64,000 nt of DNA from Eutreptiella sp. 'Long Island Sound 2002'. Taxonomy: Eukaryota > Protista > Euglenida. The stretch covers positions 28,148,001-28,212,000 of the forward strand of contig OZ038378.1 in assembly GCA_964036045.1 (NCBI GenBank). The letters run 5' to 3'. The position numbers and the translations under genes were made by a program. Under the pieces are notes generated by a model. The model did not search any database. It was not told the DNA's origin and was given only the letters and a program-made list of their open reading frames with translations. This document shows positions 38,880 through 49,772 of this stretch, in pieces; the stretch's first letter is position 1; each line of letters begins with the position of its first letter.

Positions 38880-39221
38880 GTGCCAGCAAGTGCCTTCAGA
38901 ACCTTCCAGGGGGCCATCCTGATGGCCAACCTTTCAGCTCTCGGGCTGTCCGTGGGGCCGATCGCTGATTCCGGTGACGTGGGAGGATGCTGCAATGCGC
39001 GGTCTGAGCTCTTTGTGGATGGCCAGCCTGCTGTCCTGGCACGCTGGCCCAACATTGGCGCCGACGGACTCTGGAGATGGGCCCGCATCGGTGATACCAA
39101 TAACCGGACATGGGTTGCTTACACGGATGCCCGGCAGGACCGCTGGGCTGCTGAGCAGGACGCCTGGCTGCATGGCTACTGGATGTATGACTGGGCAGAC
39201 AACTACGTCCGTATTGCTGGG
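38880..39221 (+). CDS. Exon 2 of beta-helix protein
   Basis: Acceptor TTGTGCAG|, ELFVDGQPAVLARWPN and WLHGYWMYDWADNY, donor GGG|GTGTGT, phase 0. Confidence 0.9.
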
Positions 39222-40837
39222 GTGTGTGGCTTCCCAAGGATGCATTAGAACGGCTGACGACCATGAGAGGAGATGGGGGGGAGGCCCCCCCTGGATCCCC
39301 CCTCCCCCTTCCTCCTGTTCTCATGCAGGATCCAAGTAGGAGAGGTATTAGCTGGTGCTGCTGCGCCTGCCACGCAGGCCAAGAGTGCTGCGGGCCCAGG
39401 ACAGCGCGTCCTGGCACCGCATGAACGGCGGGAGGGTTTGCAGGCCCTTTCAGCATGGCTAGGCCGTGTGCGCCCGTCGTTGGAGCCCCCCCCCCTCCCT
39501 TGGCGCGGCCAAGACGCGACGGCGCACCTCGGCGCCCCGGGTGCTGGGGAAGCGGCCCCCAGGGCTGCCTGTGCACGACGACTAGCCGCCCCAACGGCGG
39601 GTGCGCGTGAATCCCAGCAATGTGCGCGAGCGGCGCGCCCAGCCCGCAGGAAGGGGGGGGGGGCACAGAAGGACCCACCCCCACCCCCCACGGGCCCCGC
39701 CGCCGGTAGCGGAACGTCACCCCAGCCCCCCTGTGCCTGCACTTGCGGGGGGCATCCCCTCGCCACCGAGCTCTCTGCCTGGCCGGCAAGCCCCCCCCAC
39801 CCCTCTCTAGGGGCGGGCAGTGCGGCCAACCTTGCTGCCAGTGGCAACCCCCCCATCTCCAGGGGCTCGGGGACAAACACCCCCTGAGACTTCAGGGCAG
39901 GCGAGTCGTCCCTGCCGGGAGTCATCTCCAGCATCTCGCGGGCACTGTCCGCGAGTCGCTCGTGGGGGACACCCCTCCCCCTCGGACAGCCTCTTCATCA
40001 CCCTCTTCGGCTGCGGTACCAGCAGCACCACAGCGGCTGAGCCAACCCGTGTTCGGCAACACAGGATGGCAGGCCTGCTTCCTGGCCCCGGGGCTGACTC
40101 GTCCTCCCCCTCGGGGAGGGCCATGCATAGTGGAGGGTAGCCAGATAGGCTCCATGGGAGGGCGAGCACGAAGAGACCGAGTCTCAACCAGCTCGTCCGT
40201 GCTCCATACCTTGGGGCATCCATGGGATGAGGGGGCGCCCGCACTCTGATTGTCCCTCTCCCCCCGCCCCTCTGCCTCTGCCTCTGTACATAGGCCTATG
40301 GACAATGAAAGGAGTTGTACCCGAAATTGCTATTGTTTAGGCAGTTTAGTGGCACTTGGAAATTTTCAATTCGGTTGCATGTTGGTGCTAGGACAGTTTT
40401 GAGTGTGACCATTGCAAAACCATAACTTTTTGGTGCTGTGGGTTGACAGCCCCCCCCCCCCTCCTTTTCCAATACATACCTGCTCTTCCCTGGTTGCAGA
40501 GTGCCACTGCGTCTCGGCTGAAGGTGAGGCCAGGGCTGATGACGCAGTCCCCAAATGAGGAAAGGAGGCTTTGGTGGACCAGGGCAAAGTTGTAGGGTCC
40601 ACCGGGCACACCAGGGACTTGGCACAGTGTCGTGATGGGTAGGATTGGTTATTGTCATCATGGTCGTCGTTACTGTCATTGTTGTAGTTGTTGTTGTTCT
40701 TGGAAGACTGACAATCATCCGGTTCTTGATGTATTGGGGTCACGTTCAAGGATAACCGTGTTCCCCGGCTGACAATGATGTTACCTGATTTGGTCCGTTC
40801 TTGCGCATGGGGGGATGGGGGTTGGTAGGCTGTGCTG

Positions 40838-40842
<5 letters not shown>

Positions 40843-40891
<49 letters not shown>

Positions 40892-40900
40892 TCTCTCTAT
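40843..40900. repeat. (CT)n microsatellite forming the polypyrimidine tract of intron 2
   Basis: Direct reading; it immediately precedes CTCAG|GTGCAG. Confidence 0.95.
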
Positions 40901-40905
40901 CTCAG

Positions 40906-41729
40906 GTGCAGGTTTCAAACCGCACGCTGCACTTAGATCCTGCAACACCCACCCTTTACAACATCACACGCGGGGCGAGATATTATGGTGTAAATCTCTT
41001 TTGCGAACTTGACACCCCAAATGAGTATTACATTGACCGTGCCCGAGGGCTCCTGTATTATTGGCCATCCCACGACCTCCAATCTGCCAGCATCCAAATT
41101 TCTGTGAGCCCCCATGTTGTCGTGCTGGGAGCCGATGCCCCTGAGCTCCACGCAGTTTATCCAGATGCTGCTCCGTCACATCCGACGTACGCCCCAACTT
41201 TCAGCCTGGGGCTCCCTGACCACTGCAGAAGAGGCACTGTGAGGGGCGACAGCCATCTGTGGGAGCAGGTGGACACTGCTGGTGTTGAGTTTGTGACCAT
41301 TGCTGGGTTCCAGATCCAGTACAGCACCGCCACAGGGCTGATGGCGCCGAGCGCGCGGAATGTGACAGTGCAGGACTGCCACGTGACATGCCATGGTCAG
41401 GAGGGGGTCGTGCTGGTGGGACATGGCAACCGGTTGCTGCGCAATGTGGTGGCTCACACCGGGTGCGGAGGCATCTCTGTCAGCGGGGGCAACGTCCCAG
41501 CATTGCGCCGAGGGGACAACGTGGTGCAGGGCAACAGGGTCGCGGAGTTTGCCCGGTGGAAGCGGACCTACCAGCCCGGGATCCGATTCCTGGGGGTGGG
41601 CAACAGCTACGTAGGTAACACGGTGCGCGACGGCCCCCATCAAGGGATGCTTGGGGCGGGCAACGACCATCTTTTTGAGGGGAACAGTTTCGTACACCTC
41701 TGCTATGAGACGACGGATTCAGCTGCATG
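40906..41729 (+). CDS. Exon 3 of beta-helix protein
   Basis: RYYGVNLFCELDTPNEYYIDR..GLLYYWP and parallel beta-helix repeats. Donor TG|GTATGT, phase 2. An alternative in-frame acceptor would start the exon at 40912. Confidence 0.9.
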
Positions 41730-43301
41730 GTATGTTGCTGCGCCTGCGACACTGAGTACTGTGGCAGTGCACTGGGGGGCAACTGGGACCCGACTGGGTT
41801 TGCTGTGCTGTAAGAACCCGGCTTCTGCTGAGCATTGTGCAGACAACCCCCCGTCCACCAGCAACACTGCAAAATGCAGTGCACCACTGATGCGGAACAC
41901 TGTGTCCCTATGCTACAAGAATCCACCTCAGATTTGGTGGAGAGCACCCTCCGAATTTCCAGGCCATGGGAATGCCGGCCTGCGAAATCTGCTGTACGGG
42001 AAAAGGGAAATGGGAGCACCACCGGATCTGTAGCAAGGAGGCAAGCAGTTCCCCTGCATGGGTTGCACCCATACAAGCAGGTAGGACTCCGGGAATAGCA
42101 TTTTTCTATCAATTACTTACTGGGCGTCCTGACTGCCTGGCCAATCCAAGCCGACCCACCCACCCATCCTCATGAGCCTTATTTGTCCCTCTGGCCCACT
42201 CAAACTCCCAAAAAGCATTGAAACAGGGTCATTATGGGATCGAAAGGGTCTCAGGAAAAGTGGCACAAGCCCCTTTTTGCCAACAGTGACCCTGCCCGAA
42301 TGCGCTGTCTCCAAATTGAGGTTTCAACCACATCTCCAAATTCGGTTTTTTTTTTCATGTCCTCCACGTTGTACTGTCTGTTCCCTGTTTGGGAGCTAAG
42401 CTACTTCAGCCTTGTTTTGAATGTAAATGTTTGTTAGAACACAACATGATATCCAAAAAGATGGTTCGCGTTATGTTGGCGAACTAATTTCAGCCCAACC
42501 AGCTCTTTCATATTTGAAGTGAGCAGGCGAAGCGAAAAAAAGCACCAGTCTGGCAGTGCATGTGGTTTGGGATCATTTTAAGAAACATGTTTCTTTGACG
42601 CATTTTTCACCCTGTTCCAGACTCAAAAAAATAGCCCATTCCCAAGGCCTTTTGAAACGCTTAGCTGACTGAAAAAGGGCGAAACAGACTCAACGGGGCC
42701 TCAAGCCGCTTGTTTCAGCTTGTTTGGCTCAATTTTGGGAAACCACATTCTTCATCCTGATTTGGCTCGAAATGGTCCATTTTCGGGCTTTTTGAAGTTT
42801 TGGCTGACAGAAAACGTGCAGAATGGCTCAAAACACTTTGTTGGAGCATCCTGAAAGGTCTAGGGAGGCCCTGTGGCCCAGGGCTTCCCTTTGGGAATGT
42901 CGTTTTCTGGTACACGATGTACAGACCAAGTATTTTGCCCTCAGATTTGGCGGGTTGGAATTCAAGACAGGGTGGTTCTGAATGAAACCGAAACTACAAC
43001 TCGCCGTGTCCAGTACGCCTCAACTCAACGGAGCACGGGCCAGCCAATACCTGCCGTCGGTTCAGGGCCAACCAGTGTTGGTTGGCAATCAACGACTGTC
43101 GGCTGACCAACTACTGATGAATGCCTGTCAGGAACCCAGAGGCAGCGCAGATCCGAATGGGAAATCATTCCAAAGGGGGTTCGGTCCTGTTCTGTCCTGA
43201 ATGCCTTGGGCTTCGAGTGTGAGAGAGAAGTGCAAATGAGACTCGCCTAAACAGCTTGAAACTGTTTCCGTCCCTTCTTCATCAACAGTCCTCTCGCACA
43301 G

Positions 43302-43911
43302 GTATTCTGGCCGCAGCTTCGCAAGCCGCGGGAGCGTGCTGCGGGGCAACACGTTTGCGCACATCCGCAAGGTGGAACCCTCACCCAACGGGTTCGGGCA
43401 CGTGATGGCGGTGTATTTCGACGACCAACTCAGCGCCCACACGACGTCCGACAACACGTTCATCGAGTGCGATATCGCGGTGTTCATTGGTGGAGGACGG
43501 CGGCATGTTGTCCGGGACAACTACTTCCATAACAATCTGTACGCTGTGCATGTTGACGACCGGGGACTGAACTGGGAGCGGGCCTTTGCCGACCCGAACG
43601 GGCCACTAGTCCATGAGCTGCAACGCCTGAGGTACCAGCAGCCCCCCTGGTCCCGGCACTACCCAGAGCTGGTGGGCATCGTGCACGACCGCCTGGGAAC
43701 CCCGGCATATAACCGTGTGTTCGGGAACCGGTGGTGCTGCCTGCACAATCATTCGCAATGCAAGGGCTTCCTGGATGTGCCCGAGCGGAACCTGACGGAA
43801 TGGGCCTCCGAGGCCCACAACAACACGATGCACTGCAGCCAGGGATTGCAGGATGCGGCATTCGGTGGGAGAGGGCAGGGTGGCTTGGGCACTGGAATCA
43901 AATCGAACTGA
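43302..43911 (+). CDS. Exon 4 of beta-helix protein
   Basis: Acceptor CTCGCACAG|G completes a Trp codon, giving DSAAWYSGRS..SRG.VLRGN, VYFDD, IGGGR...RDNYF and WSRHYPEL. The joined CDS is 2148 nt, in frame, ending in TGA. Confidence 0.9.
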
Positions 43912-46318
43912 GGGAGGCAGGAACCCGCATGGGCTCGGCCTGCGTCTCGGTGCAGGCTGATTCCGAGGCGCGAGGCCACGAGCAGCAGAGATGGCATCGC
44001 GGTCGTGACAAGAGGACTCGCTGGAGACATCTTTGTGTGCACGCCCCGCTCGAATGCTCATGCCCACGCACATGTACATAGGCAACGCACCAGTGATCCC
44101 CACGTTAACCGTAACCGTTTCCGCACCCCCAGTGAAGGATTGGCCAGGGGTTAAATGTGGTGGTGTATGTAAACAGGTATGAGGAGGGGAGGCGCTTGGC
44201 AACCAGCACGAGTGGTGGCAATGCCCAACCCTTAGTACTTTTATCGACGCCCATTCCGCAATTCTTGATTCCCCACTTGAAACCCCGCTTTGGCCCCCGC
44301 CCCCCTCAAGCACATCCCTGCCCAACTTCTCCCTCCCTTTTTGCATCCGCCCGGAAGTGGGGGATTGGCGCTGTCCGCCCGATCCTTGTGTCTGCAGCAG
44401 ACTCAGTCGTTTTCCCGGTTGTATGCTCCATTGAGGTACAGCCATAGAACTCACGGGCTATTGGACAAAGGTCTCCGGGTAGTGTGATGCGCAAGCACTG
44501 GAAGGTTTGCTGCAAGCAGTTCAGTTGCAGTGTAAGCCCGCCTCTTTTAGTGGAGGGGTTGGCCGAGCTCTAATCCTAGACCCAACACCCCTCGCCCCCC
44601 CCCCCCTACCCCATTTACTGAGCCTTTATGGCAACCCCCCGCCCTCCACCCTGTGTTGCAATTCCCACATCAGTGAGCACATCCAGATTTCACAGGCCGG
44701 GATGACTGAAGGTGAAGTCCGTCAGGGGGAATGGGCGCCACCCGAGACAGAATGCCCGCCCTGATGCGTATTGCTTTGTTTGACAATGTGCCTTCAGTCA
44801 ATCATCAGAAACCATTGTGCCCCCATGTGTCTCTCAACGATTTGCCGTACCGCCGACGCGCTGCAGCACAGTTCCCTCTGCTCTGCCATGGTCTCAAAGC
44901 TCAACGAGCAGATTCCATGCGGAGCCGCGGAGCCCCCAGCAGCCCTCGGGGCCTCATGAACCCATGGAATAGCAGGAACTTTCCCTGGGCATTGGCGTTG
45001 GCATTGGTATTGGAGGTTGCTTTTTGTCAGGATGCATGTGTTGTGCTCGCACATTTGATGCAAACCAGGCTGGCTTGTGGGGGCACTATACATGCTGATA
45101 CATGAGGCGGGCAATGACGCCCCCTTCCCCGCTGGAGCTGATTGCCTGTTGTTGCCAAGTGCTCGGGTTTCAGGAATGTCCCAGTACTCGTTGGGCAGAT
45201 ATCTGTCACTTTTGGATGATTTGCGGCGTGCCGCACTGTGAGGACCTGTCTGCGAAGCATGATGCATGAGATGCTATGTCTGTGTGCAACATGCAGCCAT
45301 GCTGAAGTGATGGAAATCAGCCCATGGGCCCTTCCACCGGCACGGCACTGGCGCACCAGGATGCTGCAAGAAAGCAGTGTTTTGGTGGCTTTCATTTTCG
45401 TCTTCCATGTGGTGGTGAGGACAGCGATGGGGTCCACAGTCAACTGGGGCAGTGTTACCGTATTTGAGAGTGCAATTCATGTTTGTTTCGGCTTCGCTGG
45501 ATTGGACTGTGGAGGCCCTTGTCTGATGATATGCGTGTAGCAGGAATGGGCCGAACACGCCCCCAACGCTCTTTGGAAACATGACAAACACACAGCGCAT
45601 TGTGCCCGCAAGACACGGGCAAGCCCACTTCTGGAAACGGCGTGCGCGTGAAATCAATATCATGTACATCATGGGCCACAGGGCAATGTTTGGCCGTTTC
45701 AGGTTCAGTGGTGTGGGGGTCAGGATTAGGTGTGAAGCCACGTCCATTGGATGCGGGTATCTCAAAAGGGGGATTCCCAGGTTTCAGCTGAAACCTTCCT
45801 GATGGACCTTTTCTGCCGATGAAAAAATGGAGGTTTCCACAGGGGAGGGTCCCTTGCGCCGGATCAGCTGCGGCAGCTCGAGGGATACACCCTGCACTAT
45901 GACTTCATTTCCATTGGATCAAGTGCCCCGCTGAACAGATTGTGGTCAGTAGGGCGCAGCAGGAGTTCTGTCCACCCCCCCCCCTCTTTTTTTTCAGGGA
46001 AATTGGGTAGAAGGTTCTGTGGTTCTTAGGGGCGGTTTTCGGGGTGTGCTGGTAGCGCCCCCACAGGTCTGGTTGGTGATATTGTGACAGTACAATTATT
46101 GTAGGATGCGAAAGAACAAGGGTGGCGTCTTATCCCCCCTAGTTGTACAGGAGCGTCCACCCATGGTACAAGAACATCCAGAGTAGTTGTCCAAAATTTC
46201 AAGAAGATGAGAAGAGAAGCAGCGTCAGTCAGGACATTTCTGCGGACACTGTGGTGTTCTACTGTGTTGAAAAGTGACCCCCTACAATCCTCTTCTCAGT
46301 TCAGTCGTTTTCACAACA

Positions 46319-46852
46319 ATGTCGACTACACCCCCATTGCCTGTTGCGGCCTCATCAACTGCTTATGCAGCCCGGCGGATCATGGACATGTCGGAGGCCA
46401 TCCCGTGGGATGATTTGTGGAAGGTGCTGGAGAACTTTTCCGCCTTTGTGCTGTACAAATTGCTGTTTGCGAAGACCGAATTTGAGGCTGTACCAGACCC
46501 GCAGGCAGTGTCCATCCTGCAAGACCAACTGGCGGTCAGGAACTTGGGCCAGTGGTTCGAGATTTCCAGAGACATGATTGTGGTCCTCCGTGGCGAGCCA
46601 TCGCTCTCCCTGAGTCGTCATGCAGTGACCACTCTAGCCAAGCGGCTCCAGACCACCAGCGCGGAGATGATGAAGGCTGAGTGCAAGGAGCACATCCCCA
46701 GCATGCATGACGTGACGGCTGCCAAGCTGGCCTGCCCGATCGCCTGGCTGCTGACGGACAAGGGCTGCACCGATTCGAAGGAGTCCGAGCAGGTGTTTGC
46801 ATGGGTAAAGGGCTGCGGAAGCGGAGTTTTCTTGGCATCGGTTTTCGGCTAG
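46319..46852 (+). CDS. Hypothetical protein (177 aa as read, or first exon ending at 46804)
   Basis: GC3-rich open frame. The ATG lies 14 nt after a pyrimidine-rich acceptor (AG 46303-46304). A possible donor TGG|GTAAAG is at 46805; no downstream exon was identified. Confidence 0.6.
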   Translation: MSTTPPLPVAASSTAYAARRIMDMSEAIPWDDLWKVLENFSAFVLYKLLFAKTEFEAVPDPQAVSILQDQLAVRNLGQWFEISRDMIVVLRGEPSLSLSRHAVTTLAKRLQTTSAEMMKAECKEHIPSMHDVTAAKLACPIAWLLTDKGCTDSKESEQVFAWVKGCGSGVFLASVFG

Positions 46853-48714
46853 CCTGTCCATCTCACAACAACCGCAAGTCCCAAGCAGCGCGCTGGAGGA
46901 GCTCTTCCTACTCTTCCATTGGCCCTCGATGATGGGCCCAGCAGTGAACACCAATGTTTCACCGTTTGACCAAGAGGTGGTCGTTGGACACACACTATTC
47001 AACGCGGGGTGCCCGCCAAAAGCCGCAGGCTCAAAGAATGGGGCAACGTCAAGAATGTGCCCTTGCACAGAAACACAGCGACACATGCCCCACTGGGGTC
47101 CCTAGACTTGCAGACAATGCATGGCGATTCCAAGTCATGCTCCGCCAGCTGTCCAATTGTGCGAGTGAGGCCAATCGCCTCAGGGATGGGGGGCGTTGTC
47201 GCACGGTGCGCGCACGGTTCAATGTTTTTGGGATGGTTGCCCAACTTGTACCCCGTTGAATGGCCCCCATAGAAACACACCCAGGGTCCTGCAGTGCAGT
47301 GCAGTCCGTACTGGCATACCAGGATTCTTCAATTTTTCGTCTGATGCTTGTCACAGGTTCCAGGGTCCTATTTTGTGCACCCTGCAGCCCCTATTGGCGT
47401 ACCGGGAATTTTTTTTTTTTTGAATCTGATGCTTGTCACAGGTTCCAGGCTCCCTATTTCTGCACCTTGCACGCACCTCCGTAACAAACCATGCACAGGC
47501 GACAACACAGGCGGGGCGCTTCTGGCTGATGATCATCAATTCTACGGGCTTCAGCTTCCACTTCAGGTAATTGGGGCTCCAGCAAAGCGTCCATCAGCGC
47601 CTCATGGTGCACAGGTTGCACTGTCACAATTGCAAACTCCAACCACTCCTCGGGTGCATGCTCCTACAAGACTCTTCACCACCCAATTCGTACCGAATAG
47701 AGACGCAACGCCCACCTCTTGGAGAAGGGCCAACGACAGTGGCCGACACCCTATCCCCGTTGGAGCGGTGGTAGTACACAGGCAGTCCGGCGACAAGCCA
47801 GGGCAGCTCAGATTCAGGCATTGTGGATCTGGTGGACACAGAATACGCAAAAGGACGCACGGTGCGCGCACGGTGCGTGCACGGTTCAGGCAACACCCCC
47901 ATGGAGTCAGGTGCTTCTGGATCCTCGGATGCAGCACAGAGTCGGCAGTGCGGGCGAGGAGGCAGAATTGGGCGTGCAGAGGGACATGATTTCCTCTCAC
48001 ACACCTCATGATGCTCGTGATCCTGTGCAGAAATTTGGAGTGTACGGAAGTGCTACGTAACCCCAGCATTCTCGGGGACAAGATCAGAAGAGGCATATCA
48101 AAAAAAGCATAGCTCGGTTTTTTTTGTAAAGCGTAACTCGCTTAGCTTTAATTTGGCAGTAGGTCGTGTGTCAAAAAAAGTGTAGATCGCATAACAAAAA
48201 AAGCGTACCTCGCTTTTTTTTATAAAAAAAAACGCAACTCATTTGTTTATTTTCTTTGGCTGTAGGTCGTGTATCAAAAAAAGTGTAGGTCGTGTAACAA
48301 GAAAAGTGTAGCTCGCTTTTTCTTAAAAAAAAAGCATAAGTCGCATAATTTTTTTTTAGGTGTAGGTCGCGTCACATGATTCGCGTACCATACATTTTCG
48401 AGGTTTTTTTTTCCACACTCGACTTACGCCTAAAAAGATTAAGCAATTTACGCTTGAGATGTTGTTTTTGGTCCGTCCCAAACATGCAGCCCTTGCCGCG
48501 TCTGCAGCGTGGACCTCCGCAGTCGCATGGTCCCCAAGACCCTTCGCGAGGGCAAATAAGGGCCCCCAATTGAGCAGTGCCAATGATGCTCCTTGATCCT
48601 CATTTGTCAAGGCGAAGCCTTTCGGGGGGGGGGGGGGGTCTACACCGTGTTGGTGTTGCATGCGGACCCGTGTTCTGTGGACTGCCCGAAATTGGGCACC
48701 AGCAGCCCGTCAGG

Positions 48715-49045
48715 TCCCCACTTGTGGGCCCCGGAGAAGGCAGGGATGAGGTGGCCACTTTTGATTTTGTCCCCTTGTTTCGGGACCCCTGAGAATGCAA
48801 GTGTTACGTAGCACTTCCGCCCACTTCTGGGCCTCCGAGAACGCACGGGTGAGGCAGCCACTTTTGATTTTGTCCCCTTGTTTGGGGACCCTTGAGAATG
48901 CAGGGTTTACGTAGCTTTTCCGCCCACTTGTGGGCCCCCGAGAAGGCAGGGGTGAGGGAGGCACTTTTGATTTTGTCCCATTCTTTGGGGACCCCCGAGA
49001 ATGCAAGGGTTATGTAGCACTTCCGCCCACTTTTGGGCCCCCAAG
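48715..49045. repeat. 103-bp minisatellite, ~3 copies
   Basis: TTGATTTTGT starts at 48761, 48864 and 48967. The unit resembles the 5' interior of the Harbinger element (31830-32030). Confidence 0.9.
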
Positions 49046-49772
49046 GGGTGGCCACACTTACACTTTTTATGAAAAGAAAAGGGATGTTATGCTTATTTTT
49101 GTTGCGCAAGGGACGCTTTTTCTGTCCCCTGTTGCGAAGCGTTAGGGACCGCCCCGGACGGCAGGAGTGCTTTAGTCACTAGGCCCACTTGTGGGCCACT
49201 TCTGATTTTCCCCCTCGTGCTGAGTTTGGGTCTAGGACTAGGTACTTCTGCTTTTTGTCCCTTGCACTGGGACCCTACGGTGCCTTGAGCGTGCTAGCCG
49301 GTGGGTAACGGCTCATCGCACCATTAGGTTTGGCGTGTTGTGCCCCCTTTGCTTTGCAGAGGGGGCCGTGCTCGACATTCACATTTCATATTGGCATTTC
49401 TTCTATTTCTCTTGCAATGGGCCGAGGCTTGTGTGTTGCACAGGTGGTGTGAGCGGGGAGAGGTGATGTATCCTTGTGGGCTCTGGTCTGCAACCACTAC
49501 CTCGAGTTGCTATTACCACAAGCAACACGCTTGTTGGTGCCCACAAATGGCAAACAACATACCCAGGCAATGCCGCGAGTAGTTGTCTTTGCTCACACGC
49601 ATTTATGAAAGTGTGCCCTGGTGTGATGGGATGGTCGGGTACACAATGCACGTGTGTTGTTGCTTGCGCCAGGGGAATTGCCTATGGACACTGTGTAATC
49701 CCTTGTTGACTGCCGGTGCTTTATTCAGAAATCCATGGTGTTTGAGGGTGCTGTGGCGGTGGCCGTAGAAAA

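Noticed and set aside
39245-40305. Overlapping GC-rich ORFs in intron 2
   Set aside because: Stop-poor GC-rich repeat sequence open in several frames on both strands, with no family motif; the flanking exons join without it.
37968-43911. Non-canonical (euglenid-type) introns in the beta-helix gene
   Set aside because: All three supported introns have GT-AG ends with consistent phase.
20085-47540. Hammerhead ribozymes at CTGATGA sites (about 20091, 34444, 40536, 43096, 47524)
   Set aside because: None has a paired stem II followed by GAAA in the required geometry.
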